64,000 bases of DNA from Chrysomallon squamiferum (GCA_012295275.1 CM022665.1:22258001-22322000), one strand, 5' to 3'. Shown: positions 26,245-43,067, numbered from the stretch's first letter. Numbers and translations are program-made. The notes: generated by a model not told the origin, from the sequence alone.

Positions 26245-28470
26245 GACTATGCAATCATTCATAGAAAGGGTATTTTTGTTGTGTGTGGAAGGATATAGGA
26301 AACAGAAGCCGAAAACAAAGAATTGTTTTTCCTATCTTTCTGACAGGTAGTACTGTAAAGCAAGAAATGTTAACAAAGTGATCTTCTTCTGAGCTTTACG
26401 TGGTTAATGAGGCACCAGACACTTCGGAAATCACTTCATTTATTACCGAACGCTCCTTGGACAACGTTGCTGCATACGTAGTAAGTATCATCAAAACAGT
26501 TGAATTCTTTAACGCTGAAGTTTTCTTTTAATAAAAATCGAATTAAAATGTTCTCTTAATATAACACTATGCAAATAAACAGTTGAATTAGAAATTTACA
26601 TTGAATTAGGTGCCCTTGTTAACGTTATGTGACTGGATTTCGTTAACAAGTTAGTTGGAAAGTATTTCTTTTCAGAGAAATGAATCAATGTAAGATGCCA
26701 AAAAAAAAAAAGAAAGAAAAAAAAAAAAAAAAAAAAAAAAAGGCCGTTTAATGTAAGATTCTAGATAATTCTGGTTCTTGATGTCTTGTAGAGCCTTCGG
26801 TTGGCAAACAATTTTGTGACGTTTCTTTTTTTTTTTTTTTTTTTTTTTTTCTTTTTCTTTTTCTTAGGAATCCATCCATTATATCATTTATATATAAACT
26901 GACTTAATTTTCTTATTCATTTATTTTTTATAAGATGCCAATAAAATACAATTATTTATTAATTAATTAATTTAAATTTATTTTATTATTATTAATTTAT
27001 TTTTTGAAATATGCTATGCTCCATTATGAATAATTTGACATTTAACTTCAATATATTAATTAATCTGGTCCTAATTTTAAAATAAGCATTTTAAAAATAA
27101 TCATAAACTTGCCAAGGAAGGCTTTATGATATTTATTACATTTGAAGTTAGAAGAAATTTTTTGTAATTTCATAAATATCATTAGTATATGGATATTCTG
27201 TTCTCATTGTGAACTTTTGTAGTTTTTCTTATTCGATGCTTGTTTAAGACCATAAATATTACAGTGCTGTAAAATCGAAAATGCTATGGAAAAGAATGAT
27301 ACAGAAAATCAAAATAATTTTATTTCAAAATGTCCAATATTATTTGCCTACAGTATAATTATAAAGAATGCCAATATAAAATTCACCTGTATTTAAACTT
27401 GTACGGTTATTATCTGTTAATAAGACTAAAAGAATATTTAATTTAGAAAAATGTGTTAAAATATGTAATAACTGTAGATACTGAACATCTTTAATAATCA
27501 ACTGACCAAATAATGTGCTTGCAACAAAACGTTTTAAATTGTTGTAATATATATATATATTCATCATCATTATTATCATTACTATTATTATTATTATTGT
27601 TTTTTTTTGTTGCAAAATATATTCATAAAAGATACCGTCATCTGAATATTAATCTATTTAGGAATATTTATTCTTTTTCTTCTACAGTTATTTATATAAT
27701 TAATTAGTAGCCTTAAATTTATATCAGTGTTTTATTTTCAGATTCAAATTATTACGTAAAATATTTAAATTTTGGTTTACCTCGTAGACTTAAAAAAATA
27801 ATAATAATAATAAAAATAAAAAATAAAAAAATAAATAAGAAATCGTATTATACAATAATCCAACTGACATTGTAATTAGCTCCACTAACTAAGAGTCTGT
27901 GTTGTACATCTGTTCGACTTTGTATTCAGTTAAACTCTTTTAACTCTTTATATTTCCTACAAGAAAATATTATTTTATTCTTCATTATTTTGTTTGCACG
28001 GCTTTGTACAAAACAAGCATTCCAGTTTTCCATTTTTTTTTCCACAAGAAATCAAAGGGGAATTATCTTTTATTAGTCTTAGACATGTTGTGATCTCTTA
28101 TGGTCTTTAAGACTGACCACTGGTCATCCGCTGACCCCTAATGGAGTCCCGCTCTCCGCCTTGCCGATGAGCCACCAGCAGCGCTGTTCATAACCGAGCA
28201 GTTAGTCTTATTTGATGATCAGCAGTTGTTGCCATAAATTTAAAGCCGTTTATCTCAAATATTGCATCTAGAGAATAAAACAACTTATTTCTTCTTCAAA
28301 GAGAACTCTGTCGTAAAAGCGGCATTACCATCATCTCTGAGATGAATGCAGGTGCAGTTGTTGTAACTGTATAGTTTACTTGGTCATCTTGGAATAAAAA
28401 CAAATTCTTTTGAAGATCTTCCTCGTTCTCTCTGATTTCTTCTATTTTCTTACTTTCACTTTTTCTTTGC

Positions 28471-28473
<3 letters not shown>

Positions 28474-28565
<92 letters not shown>

Positions 28566-28930
28566 ACTCTATTCTGTGTATGTCTTTTATTTCTTTCTCA
28601 AACGTTTTTAATATCTCATGCTATTTCCTATTTTGGTTTATTCTTTTTTTCTGTTTTTCTTCTATTTAGTTTTCTCTTTCCATTGATTTTTCTACCGCAC
28701 ACATATAACATTTAACATACATACATACATACATACATACATACATACATAAATACATACATACATACACACACATAAATACATACATACACATACATAT
28801 ATTCATACATACATACATATCTATCTATCTATATATATATAGAGAGAGAGAGATAGATAGATAGATAGACAGATAGACAAACACACACATACATGCATAC
28901 ATACACACATATATACATACATACATATAT
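28474..28930. repeat. Compound microsatellite block: (CT)n, then (TACA)n, (AT)n, (AG)n, (GATA)n
   Basis: Read directly. Confidence 0.95.
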
Positions 28931-29272
28931 ATCTTCAGACTCTTCTTCATTTTGTTTTAGCTTTCTCTTATACTTAAGCCCCTTTCTCATTTATATAACA
29001 AGATCGTATTAGCATTTTTACGAGAATTATTTTGACTGCTGTTGTCCTTCTAATGTGACCTATTATTATTATTTTTATTGATTTATTTATTTATGTATTA
29101 ATTAATTTATTGATTTATTTATTTATTTATTTATCTATCTATTTATCTATTTATTTATTTATTTATTTATTATACATATAAATAAATATTATACCTTCAA
29201 ACTTTATTATTGACATTTATTATATTTTTTACGTATATTATTTTTTGATCATTTAAAATTTATTTATTTATT

Positions 29273-29307
<35 letters not shown>

Positions 29308-29469
29308 CAAAAATTATTTGTGCACACTTTCGCTTTTTTATAACTATATAAACAAATTATAATTTAAAACTCAAAAACTATTAATACATAAAACATACTT
29401 TGTTTTGAATATATTTATATTTATTTTTGAAAAGTTTATTATTTATTCATTCATTCATTCATTTTATTT

Positions 29470-29500
<31 letters not shown>

Positions 29501-29523
29501 TTACTTTTTGTTGTTGTTTTAAA

Positions 29524-29570
<47 letters not shown>

Positions 29571-30319
29571 CATTACTATCATTATTATTAATTTTATTCT
29601 ATTCTTTTTTTGTTTATTTTAAATAACAATAATTTATTTTTTGCTTTTTATCTATTATTACGCTGTCCTAAATTTCTGATCAAATAATTTTATTTAGCAA
29701 AGACGATACTGCTTTATTTAAATAAATTAAAGTGTCAACTCTGATAACCTGTGAATTATTTTATTTCATTTCATTTTTATTTATTTATTTATATTTTTAT
29801 TTTTATTTTTATTTTTTTTATTTTATTATTTTTTATAATTTATATTTTTGTAATCTCCTAAAAGCCGCATTTTTATTTTTGACAAAACAATATTGAAGAT
29901 ATTTCTAAAATACAAACGATAATCACAAATCAGTCATTATTATTTTATTATCATCTTAATATTCTGCATTCTTTCTTCTTCTTCTTCTTCTTCTTCGTAT
30001 TATTCTTATTATTATTCTTATTATTATCATCATCATCATCATTATTATTATTGTTATTGTTATTATTAGCAGTATTACTATTATTATCATCGTCATCTTC
30101 ATTATTATTATTAATAAATTAATAAATAATTTTTAAAAGCAAAGTTGTAGCAGTAACTTATTCCCAGTAATAGTAGTAGTAGCAACGATAAATCAAGCAT
30201 TTTTAAACAAGTAAATAAATATCATTTTATCATGTGTATTTTTTTTTTTTTTAATATTTTTAAAATCTTTGTTTAATATAATTATGTTATTCCGCAGTTC
30301 AAAACAATTACACACACAC

Positions 30320-30360
<41 letters not shown>

Positions 30361-30538
30361 CAAATATATATAACCTAATTATTTAGTTACATCTTAGAAT
30401 TTAAAAAAATCTTTTAGTGCAAGTTGAATATTATTTAGTATTTATTAATATTTATGTATTTCATGATTCCAGTTAGCTAGTTTCAGTTTAGACACTGAAT
30501 TTTAGAAAATAAATATCAAATTGGGAACTTAACAATAA

Positions 30539-30587
<49 letters not shown>

Positions 30588-31025
30588 TACGGGAAACTTA
30601 AATAAATTATTACTCTGTCGATCGTTCCAGTGCTTGTTTCCCTTGTGTAAAATCATAATTCAATATTTTTAAAAAGTTTTAATATTTCTTATTAATTACT
30701 TCGGATATTTAATATTTAATATTACCGGGAAAATATTTTTATCTGGTATACATAATTCTGATCTCTTCATGAAGTATAAATAAATATATATATATATATA
30801 TATATATATTTAAATTAAAAAAAATAATAATAAAAATAAAAACTGTTAATTGTTTCACATCTTCGAAATATTTTATTACATTAATTTTATGTTTCTTTTG
30901 ATGTTAATTTCTTTTTATTATCTCTTTCCGTTTATAACGATAATAATTTTTTATCGTTATCATAATCATTATTATTTTTTTAATAAATTTATGTTTATAC
31001 TTATTTATTATATTTAATTCATATA

Positions 31026-31070
<45 letters not shown>

Positions 31071-31340
31071 TCAATAACAATAACAATAATAGTAATAGTA
31101 GTAGTGGAATAAATAGTAGTAACAGCTGTAATGTGTTAAAACGTATATAAAGGAAATATTTCGTAGGAAATTATTAATGTATTATTTAAATATCGCTGGA
31201 GTTGGCAATAGTTTGAAGTTAAAATATTTCAGTTATTTGTATCTAAATTATTTAATTATGTTAAAATATATACTTGTATTTACTTTATATATATATATAT
31301 ATATATCTATATACAAACACACACACATATATATACATAC

Positions 31341-31372
<32 letters not shown>

Positions 31373-32206
31373 ATATACATACTTATATATATATATATAC
31401 ACATATACATATATATATATATATATATAAGTATGTATATATATAAATTTCAATATAAATTCAAAAAAAGTTTGTGTTCTCATTTCTTTTTTTATTATTA
31501 TTATTTGTAGTAGTAGTAGTAATAGTAATAGTAGTAGTATTTTATTTATTATTTATTTATTTATTTTTATTAACTTTTTATTTATTTAATTATTTACTTT
31601 ATTTATTTATTGTATATGTATTTATTATGTAGGTATATGTTATAAATATCCTTATATCGGTAATCTTTGAACTGTAGGGAAAAAAACGAAACATATTTTA
31701 TTGAACAATTCAATATTAAAATGGAAAAAATATAGCTATATATACAAATGAGCATATGTATAAAAAATATATATAACAATATAATTAGTTTTAATTTTTG
31801 TACTTTCAGAAAGAAAAAAAAAAATGTTCCTTCCTATTAAACAGTATCAAAAGTACTTTCTTTTTTTAAACAAATATGTGGTTTTAAAATTAATTTTGTT
31901 TAAAATAATACAGCTATTGGTAATATAAAATATATTAATGTTTCTTTATAAAGCCAAAAGATTATATCAGTTTGTAGACATTAAGAAATATATTTTCTAT
32001 CTCTTTATTTTAGTTACATTTTGTTAGAAATATAAATAATATTAACATTTAAATCCCGTATTTGTGCCCTACAATTAAATAAATATAGCTGAAATAATAA
32101 ATTATAAAACAATAACAACACCAACAACAAAAACAACAATAATAATAGATAGTGATAATATTAATAATAATAATAATAATATTATTGTTGTTGTTGTTGT
32201 TATTGC

Positions 32207-32273
<67 letters not shown>

Positions 32274-33187
32274 AATAAAAGAAATAAATAACAATCATAA
32301 ACTAATATTTCACATTTCTGTAAAAAGTTACAAAAATAATAATAAACAGAGTTTTAAAAACAAGACTGTTATTTAGAAACTGAAACACGAACACTAAAAT
32401 AAATTCCCTCCTACCTGTTAAAACATTAAGAATCGCTATAGAAATATTTACTTGCACTTGGCTAACGTAGTTATATGTTAAAAACCACATACTTGTCTTT
32501 TTACAAACAGTATTTTTCCTTCCAGTTCCCATGCGATTGTATGACATAATTACCTTAGCGGGCTTGTCATCAATATCGCGCTGATCGCATTAGAATAGTT
32601 TTTCCATAAAGAATATTCGAAGCAATTACTAAATGACCTTTATTTTCTCTAAAATGTTTATTTTTAACAGGAAACATTAATATTTTTCACCCACAGATGT
32701 GAGTGATGCCTCCGTCGTTTTTGAGCATTAAACGTAGACGAAGTCAGTGGCGCGTGTAAAACGTGAATGGATCGAGGGATCGCACTTAATGAGAAAGCCA
32801 ACACTCTAATATGGCTGGCCGGTTTGTCAAAAACTTCACAACGAATGCTGCTGCACCACTTGTACCTCTTTATGTCTTCACCGGACATCATCTTTTCCCC
32901 AAACTTAACAAGAACGTACCTCTGCTGCCGTTCCTCCCTTTTTTTTTTTTTACACCCTTTCCTTTTACCTCTTCCGATACCCCAACCACCCCTTCCTTTG
33001 TAAGGGAAAACTCAGGACTAATAATTAAATATGTACATTACCTTCTCCTTCCATGCAAACCCTTTTCTTTAGCTCTCCTACGTCTTCCCCTTAAACCCCT
33101 TTTCTTTAACTCTTCTGATACCCATTCCTGTTTACGCACTTGGCATCCATTCTCTTTTCCTACCCTGGTTCCCTCAGCCATAACTCA

Positions 33188-33239
<52 letters not shown>

Positions 33240-34827
33240 TAAAATAAAATAAAAGTAATAATAATAACCCCCTAAAAAAAACCCCAAAAAAAAAAAAACA
33301 ACAACAAAAAAAAACAAAAAAAAAAAAAAAAAAAAAAAAACAGCCTTTCACGAATCCTTTTTTACTAGTGTATATTACTTTTCCCGATACTTCCACCCAC
33401 TGAAAATGCACAACGCATATCACTGCATTGAAATACTTCCCGTTTTTTACCACTTACACATCTTCCCCAATAACTTTTCTTCCTACCCCAAAACCGTCCT
33501 CCGTAACTTTATTTCTGTGTCGGGAAGTGCAGAGGCATTTCTTCACAGCATCAAACTCTTTTCCCTTTTCTTTCCCTGCATACCCTCCCCCATTGTGGCA
33601 TATATCTGAAGACGAATAAAAATGAATCATCGTTTTTCTTCTCTTTTCAGCGTGATTATCACACATTTGGAACACAATGACCTCATGTAGTTGTTAAATA
33701 TCATAAACCGATTTGAATTAATATAGTCTATTATACTGTCAGCTTTAGTGATATCCGCGAAGCGTCATTGTCATCATTATCTCCGTCATAAACAATAATA
33801 TTAATAATATTTGTGTTTTGAAGAAAGCACACGAATATTCAAGTGAGAGACTGTTGTTTGAGATGATACTGAAATATAATAATTATGCAAACTGAAGCAA
33901 TTATTTACACCACCATTTAATCGTTTTATTTTATTTGTTTTTTTTTTTTTTTTTTTGAGGTTTTATTTATTTATTTATTTTATTTTATTTTGTTTATAAA
34001 TTAATAAACACTATATATATATAAATATTAATTTAAAGAGAAACATAATTATATATTTCTGTTTTTTTTTTTTTTTTTTATTTTATATATATATATATAT
34101 ATATAACAAATAAATAAATAAATATATATATATAATTTTTTTGTTTTTTTTCTTCTTCTTCTTGTTTTTTTTTTGCTCATGTTGTTATTTTGTTTGTTTC
34201 TTTTTAAATTATTATCAGCATACATTTCTGCATGATCATTACGGTCGGCAGGCAAATCAACAGTATTATCAACATTACTACAGAATGAAAAGATGAATGT
34301 TTGTCAACATTAAAGATTACTTCGTGTCAAACACATGAGCGCGGAAACCCACTGCATCACGTCACTGGATATTCTTATTTGTTTTCATTAAATGGTTTTT
34401 CATATCCATGCGACACTAGCTGGAACATGAAATAGCTAGTTGTGGAATATTGTGAGGATTGAGCCAAAAGGCTATCAAACATCAATCATGCACTGTGCCC
34501 GTAAGTATTGTTTTTATGTTAAAATTAGGCTGTTTTAAAGTAACACCGAATCAGTTGTTAAATTTGAACGCGTCCACTTTATTCATTTACTTATACAACC
34601 ATGTAATGGAGTAATAGTTTCTGGAAAAAACGAAACCGAAATTTAAAAAAAAAAAATGAAACTTAACAAGCAGTAATAATAATATTTATGACAACAACAA
34701 ATAACAACAACAACAACAACAATAATAATGATAAAAATTTCATCATTGAATTTAACTATTGTAATATATAACAATTCATTGAATATACCATTTTTGTTTG
34801 TTTGTTTGCTTGTTTTTTTTTTTTTTT

Positions 34828-34858
<31 letters not shown>

Positions 34859-35961
34859 TTATTATTACTATTATTAGTTTAATTATTGTTATTATTATTT
34901 TATTTATTTTTTCAGTTTCGGCATATTTTGAATTTTTAATCACAAATATAGCTGAAAATATCATGAAATATTTGAAAATAATAATAAATTATAAATGCAT
35001 GTAAATAATATTATAAATTTTTCAATGTTTCCTAACCATATTGAACGAAGTAGGAAACAAAAGGTATTTTGCAAGCAATAATACATACCTAAAGATTTAA
35101 TATTCACTTATAAAACACCATTTTTAAAAACTGATGTATCAAAACAGAATTTATGGTTTCTTACTAACATATACTTTTTTAAAATTAGTTTAAACGTTCA
35201 CTTGCTTATTTTTTGATGAACTGATCTAGAATTTTAGAGTACTTTGTTGTGGATTATAAGCTTCAAAATTAAATGAATTTCATTATATAGAAAAACAAAA
35301 CAAAACATCCATTAAGTTTCTTTCTTTCTTTCATTTTGTTTATTTATTTATTTATTTATTTGTAGTTGCTGTTCTTGTTGTTGTTATTGTAATTTTATAT
35401 TACAATAAATTAAGTAACATTTGGCATGCTGTATTTACAATGATAAAATTGGAGGTGAACTCCTATTAGCAACATTCAAAAACAGATTATTTTAACAGTA
35501 AGTTATCTTTTATAAAGTGATGAAACAAATTAAATATATTAGTAGTTTGTTAAAATTGGGTATGTTTTTGTTTTGTATTTGGTTTGGGGTTTTGGAGGGG
35601 ATTGGGGAATTGTTTTTATTTAAACTTATTCTGAATTTAAAACTGCATGTTGTTTGACTTCATTATTTTTAGAACATGCAGATGATAGAAAACCTTTTCT
35701 CTGATGCAGAAAAGGTAATAATAATAATAACAATAACAATAACAACAACAGTAATAATAATAATAATAATTTTTGAACGAATTAGTTAATGAACTGAATA
35801 ATTTATTATGTTAGAGACTACACACATTTCACACACGCACGCACACACACAGACACAGAAATACACGCAAACACGTGTACTCCGCAAGTACTTTAATCTT
35901 TTTCTCTTTCACTAATTTTATTTTTTCATATATCTGATTTTATCCCCTTTTTCTACTAATT

Positions 35962-36058
<97 letters not shown>

Positions 36059-36201
36059 CCTCACACACACACATATATACATGTATATATTATTTTCTCT
36101 TTCTGCATAGTTTTCTTTTTCTCACTCTCCCCCTGCTCCTCAGTTCGTTGTCTTTACATTCTCTCAAGATCCACTCACACGTCCAAACTTGAGCATCATC
36201 T

Positions 36202-36272
<71 letters not shown>

Positions 36273-36697
36273 CAGATTTCTTGGATCCGCCCTGAAGACC
36301 TCTGACGAAAGTAGAGAATGTTTCAGTGTTTGTGAAAGACGAAACCTGTCTCTGCGTATCAAAGTACTTCTAGTGGATATCATTAAACGAAGATTGAGGT
36401 GCGAGCTGTCAATCACACACTGAAAAACTCAAGATCCGCATCTTGAGAAGTACTTATCTACAAGAGTCCTTTCACTTTTTTTCCACCGACTTGGAAAGTA
36501 AATTAGGGTTGATATCGGTCACAAAGTAATTTTGTGGTCACGAGAACTTAACTTAAAGAACATATATACATATATATATATATAATTATACAAGTTTTAG
36601 TTTTATTTTATAAGTAATTTATTTCAAGAGCTGTGTCCTTATATAACTTTACCATATACCTGTTACCTGCTGAACATTCAAGATCATCTATCCTAAC

Positions 36698-36800
36698 AGA
36701 ACTATTACTAAATCGTTTTATTATATATCTATCAGATTATTATTAATCTAGAACTATTACTAAATCGTTTTATTATATTCCTATCAGATTATTATTAATC
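36698..36800. repeat. Two near-identical tandem copies of a 52-bp unit
   Basis: agaactattactaaatcgttttattatat..ctatcagattattattaatc starts at 36698 and 36750. Confidence 0.95.
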
Positions 36801-37832
36801 AAGAATTTTTGTCACTGACAGGTTCTTTATCATATAGGCCCTATGTATTACACTTTTACTAATTCATGTTATTTTTTATTTTAATTATCTATTAATTTGT
36901 ATCTATTGTAAAAAAATGTATTATTATTATCCTGTCATTAGATGCATACCTTTTACCTATTCTAAAAGATGAGTTCTAATAAAGTTCATTATTTTTCTAC
37001 TGACTATTCCAGGATTTGCATCCTAAAAGATCTTACTAAGATATCTCTATTATCTTTTGTCTATATTCAGATTTAAGCCTGAAAAAAACCCTTTATTATT
37101 GCAGTTATTATTATATACTTATTACCTTTTGACTTTTGTCCTGTCCACTTATTACATTCGTAGAACCCTGTAAAATGTTGGGGGTTTTTGTTTCCTAACA
37201 AACTTTTTCCTATACATCTTCCAACATTTTTATCACAAAATGAAGCAATAAAGTTAACTATAGCTATAATTTTGTTTCGTTTGTTTCTTTTGAGGAATAT
37301 ATGTTTATCTGAACATTTTGTGAATATACAAAGTTAAACTTCGAGTATAAACAACAGCCGTAATTCGTTTAGCAGTCCATACACAATTCTTTCGTAGAAG
37401 TCTCAGGGTTTCTTCCCGTTGTTGTAAATGCCCCACTACTATTTATCAAAAGATGTGCTTTGTGTTTATTTAAAATCTATCTTACTCGAAAAGAGTAAAC
37501 TATAAACAGAAAATAAAAAAAAATGACTTCCTATATCAAATTATTAAGTAATTATCATTTGATTAAAATTTGTATTAATAATATAATGTTTTAAGGTGTC
37601 AGAAAACAGAGTATTCATTAAGTTGGTCTATCAGTCTATAAAATCTCAAGCACAGACACAAGTACAGAGACACTTTACATAGAATCACAGGAATACATTT
37701 TTTACAAGGAAATGAAATAAATAGATAAGGGAAGAGGGATGGACACAGAGAAAGTGAGAGAGATAACAACAAAAGGAGAGCATCTGAGACAGATGGAGTA
37801 AGACAGAGATAATAATAAAAAGGAAGATACAG

Positions 37833-37836
<4 letters not shown>

Positions 37837-37917
<81 letters not shown>
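37837..37917. repeat. (AG)n microsatellite
   Basis: Perfect run. Confidence 0.98.
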
Positions 37918-37922
<5 letters not shown>

Positions 37923-39168
37923 AAGAAAGAGAAGTTAAGTTGAAGATGAAAGACAAAGCCAGAATATATACACATCACACTAACCTAGAGATGTTTAGGC
38001 GTACTATACACCACAACAAAGATATTATCTTTTTCCAAGGTGACAGGCATCAAAAAAACCAAAAAAATGCTTTTTACGACAGAAAAAACTGGGAGGTAAA
38101 AATGTAGTAAAAATATGAAATGCACCATCAGCAACGCCTTGATTTGTCGTAATTGCAAACCCGAAACCACTCCCGTATACAAATTCGCTTGAAAAGAAGT
38201 ACACGGCAAATGGGGCATGGGAAACAAAACAAAGTATATAAACAATGTAAGTCATCAACATGCAGAATTACTACAATATGCTGCTGGTATCTCGGCAACA
38301 TCTCACTAAGTTCAAATTATTCATGACCGCTTGCCAGCGAGTTGAAACACTGCGTTAAGAAATAATAGATTTGAAAACCATTGCTTTAGAATGATGTATG
38401 GGAAATTAAAGACGCCACAGAACCGTTCATATATGCTGGTGGTATGGTTGGAACACTGTGTTAAAACGAAATATGCTGTTTGTGTAACAGTGTTTGAAAT
38501 TTAAAAGAAAAACTAAAGAGTGAGAAGGAAAACGAGCCAGTTTTATAACAATGGTACAGTGAAAATCAGTGTTGAATCACACACGGAGTCACAGTTTCTG
38601 AATATGTAATCTAATAGTCATGCATTGTTTAAGACGAAGGTGAACATTTATGAACATTTTAATTCTTTAAAATTTGTCTTAAATATTTGTTTACAGCGGA
38701 ATATTTTTGGATGCTTATGGACATTTATCGATCATTTGATGCTTATTTCTTCTTTACATAAGCAAATATAGTTATTTATTTAATAACGGAAAATTTTAAT
38801 ACAATATATTTTTTTCTTTCTTTCTTTTTACTGAACGTTAATTCGATACATATATTTTTTTATAGTCGTTTTTAGATAAATGCCGATTTTGGCCCATTTT
38901 ATATTATTATTTTTACTGTTCTGTAATATTTGTTTTCAATATTTATTCAAGTTATATATATATATATATATATATATTATTTTAAATATGTTTGAGCAAC
39001 TAGTTCTTTCAATCGTGACGGAGAATGTGAAAATATATATGTTTTTCTACAAGAAAAGTATAGCTGGTTTTCTTGTAAGTTTGTTGTGCATGAGTCTGTC
39101 TTTTAAGGGTATCGTGAAACTAAATATAATTTACTTTAAAGAAAAATAATTTTAAGGACAAAAATAAT

Positions 39169-39170
<2 letters not shown>

Positions 39171-39262
<92 letters not shown>
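39171..39262. repeat. (GA)n microsatellite
   Basis: Perfect run. Confidence 0.98.
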
Positions 39263-39266
<4 letters not shown>

Positions 39267-40479
39267 TCAGATAAGATTTCAAACTGCTGGTACAGACTGG
39301 ATAAAAAAGATTACTCTTTAATAACCCAACTTCCCACTTCAAAGATGTCGACTTACGGAAAAAACTAGATGATTGTTTAATTACTTCTAGATACTGCAGC
39401 TGAATTTAGATATATGGTGGCCTTGCACCAGTGGGTAAAAAAATATATATATTATTTGTAAATCATGTACTTATTACACTACTGAAATATTAAGAATTTG
39501 GCAAAAAGCAAGAAAACAAACTGTACGTATAAAATACATTTTAAATATCATGTGACGTATGAAATATAATTGTTAATGCCTCAGTTAATTGCAATAGGAA
39601 ATTTGAATTCATATAAAAAAATAATAATAATATACATATATTTATTTTATTCTCCTCCGGGAAATGAGAGTAATGTTAACGAAACTTCAGAAAGTCAATA
39701 ATAAAAAATAATAAAAAAAATAATAATTTTAAAAATAAAATGTTTTGACCTTAATTGACCTTTAAGTAAACGCCTTGCAGGTGAGTGCTTCATTGCCGTC
39801 TATTTCGGAGTCTTTTGGCGGGAAAGCGCAGACAACTGAACAACTTCAAAGCAAATTTTAATGGTAAGGTTAAGTTATGTTAGCGGCGCAGTAAGATACA
39901 CGTAATCACAAAGTGACTGACACTGACCTATTCTTTCCCTACTAGAATATCGATGTCAGCTCTTTTGGTGCACTGCTGTCTCGTTTTAAAATAACACAGG
40001 GTAAATTTCGCCGAAATGTCGTCTCAGTTTATTGCGTTCGTCAAATCCCGCCATATTTCGTGATGTATTCCCCACATAAATAAGAAAATTCTGACATTTT
40101 CTATTTGCTCACTGGGTGGAGAGTTAATTGTAATTTAAATATAACCCCCTAGCGTCAGCATCTTTTACGTGTCCGTGTTTTTCAGCTGCAATATTCTCAA
40201 GTAATTATCGTCATTTGCTAATTACAATATTTATTACTTTGTTAGAACTCTTCCTAATGGCCTGCTTTATTACAAAAGCATGTGTCTGAGCATGCGTTAA
40301 ATCGATCAGTGTTTCCCGTAATACAGGAAGCTGTTTATACGATCGACACCCGGTAGTCTTTGTAAACATAATACTAACAAACTTAACTAAACAGTTTGCA
40401 TCGGAATGAAAGGAATTTCTTATCAACGAGACTTTCTAATCGAAATATGCTAGCTATGTTATTGTTTTTATCAATTTTG

Positions 40480-40513
<34 letters not shown>

Positions 40514-41133
40514 TTTTTCCGTTTCGTTTTCTTATTTCTTTTTTTTTCTTCTATTTTTCTTCTATTCTTCTCTCATTTTTTTTTTTTTTTTTTTACTTTA
40601 TCTTTCATATTTTCTTTCTTCTTCTTCTTCTTTTTGTACAGAAAATAATTATACGAATCCATGGAATGTTGAAGGGGGAGCCATGGATATTTTCCCCTCT
40701 ACTCATGATCATTTCACTCATTTTAAATTTCAAGCTCGTTCGCGCAAGAATTTTCTTGAGTTTTATATTATTATATATATTATATTTACTGTAATACATC
40801 TTCATTTTATTTTCACTGTCATGTTAATTTATTTATCTCAAACATTTCTGATGTTCAAATGGGGTTTTTTCAGTGTCATATCAATTTTGTTGTTTTGGGG
40901 TTTTTTACTTTTAAAATAAATTAAAAAGTTATAAAAGTCAGAAAGATGCTAATAAACTATGGTTTTTAAAGGTGTAAAAAAGAATAAATCTAATTATTAC
41001 TAATGTAAAATAAAATGTTTAGAGAGAAGGTAAAAAAGTAAAGAGTTTTAAATTAAGCTCTGTATGAATGTTCACTTTGAAGTAAAATATTAAAAAATAA
41101 ATTATTCATACTTGTTAATCTCTGAACACAGTG

Positions 41134-41235
<102 letters not shown>

Positions 41236-41964
41236 TAATTCTGTCTGTGTATCTTCATATCTACCTCTATGTGTATACTAAATTTTGTGTATATGTGTCC
41301 CTCTTTTATGTCTGTGTTATTTATTCCGCAATTATTTTTTTTTATTTATTTTTTTTTCTTCTGTTTAACCATTCACTTCCAAGTGCAATGACAAACCAAA
41401 TCAAAGACTTAAATATCATTATAACTATCCGCACGTGCCGCCGTCACCTTATTACAGAGACAGGAATAATGAAAGACAAGCCACACTTTACCTTGCACTG
41501 ACATTTTTGCGAAGTTTTCAAGCAAAACACAATGACTGGAATATGCCATACATATCCGTATCTAATTGATCGAACAGAACATCAAAGACAACGGCAAATT
41601 GCTGTTCACCCGGCAACAAGTACAACACTGTAAAAGAGAAAACAAACCTTGTCATATAGATCACATTTCATTGTCTTTGCACCAATCTCCGAGACAGAAA
41701 GATGAAGAAAAACAAAGAGATGTGTCAGAATCTATTGTTCTTCATTCCCATTGCGCACCCTCTGACTTGTTTTCATCATGACAGACGTCGGCGTTGGCGG
41801 CAGATGATGATGATGAGGCGCCTTATCGTGGACTCGAGGAATGACCGGCACCCGGTCTCTGTCGCCTTTGCTTCGTTGTATCTGATTGTTTCTCTTCAAC
41901 GTGACGGCATCTGTGGTTACTGGGTTCGAAATGTGTCAAGGGTAAAGATATGAACTGTAATGAC

Positions 41965-42014
<50 letters not shown>

Positions 42015-43035
42015 TTTATTTTTTTATTTTTATTTTTTATTATTATTATTTTTTTTTTCTTTAGTTGTTTCTTTATTTTTCTGTTTATCTGTCTAGCTAG
42101 CCAGCTATCTTTCTATCCATCTATCAATTTATCTTTATTTCTATCTGTATCTACTTATTCATTTATTTATGTGTCTTTCTCTCTATCTGTTTATCTATTT
42201 ATTTATTTTTTGATCCGTTGTTAGTTAGTTAGTTAATTTGTTTGTTTCGTTCTTTATTTATTTATTTCGTAACGGGTTTTTATTTTTAAAAGTTGACTAC
42301 ACACATACACACACATACGTATGTACAAGAAAAATTATTTTCTTTATTTTAGTTTCTTTTTTTCTGTTTAATCTGAAAAACAAATGGAAATAAGTTTTGA
42401 GTTTTATTTGAAGTATTTTTGTAAAATAGTTTTTTAATATTAGTTTGACCGTTATTTTAGTCAAACAAATAAATATAAGCTATTTATCGGTTTCCTTTTT
42501 ATTTATTTATTCATTTATTTATTTATACATTTATTTATTTATTTATTCATTTATTTATTTATACATTTATTGGTTTGTTTGTTTGTTTATTATTTATTCA
42601 TTTATTTATTTAATCAAATATATATATATATATATATATATAGTTATTTTTTTAAATTTTATGATAATTTTATATTATTGAGTTTGACAGTTAAAATATT
42701 AAAGTTATGACTTTTAAATTTATTTTGCATTTAACTGCTACACTGTTCATTTTCATTCTTTCTTTTTCTTTTTCTTTTATTATATATATATTTTTTTTCT
42801 CGTTTGATTTGTTTGTCTTTTTTATATTTCATTTCATTTCATTTATTTTTTTTATTTTTTTTATTTTTTTTATTTGTATATATTTATCATCATCATTATC
42901 ATTACCATTCAGAATTTAGTTGGAAGCGTCTGCCAAAAAACCCCCCAAAATGTCTTCATGAATGAAAACTTACTCTTGTTTTTTTTAAACTACTACTGGT
43001 ACACGTGAAATGCTGTCATTACAACAAGAATTGCA

Positions 43036-43067
<32 letters not shown>

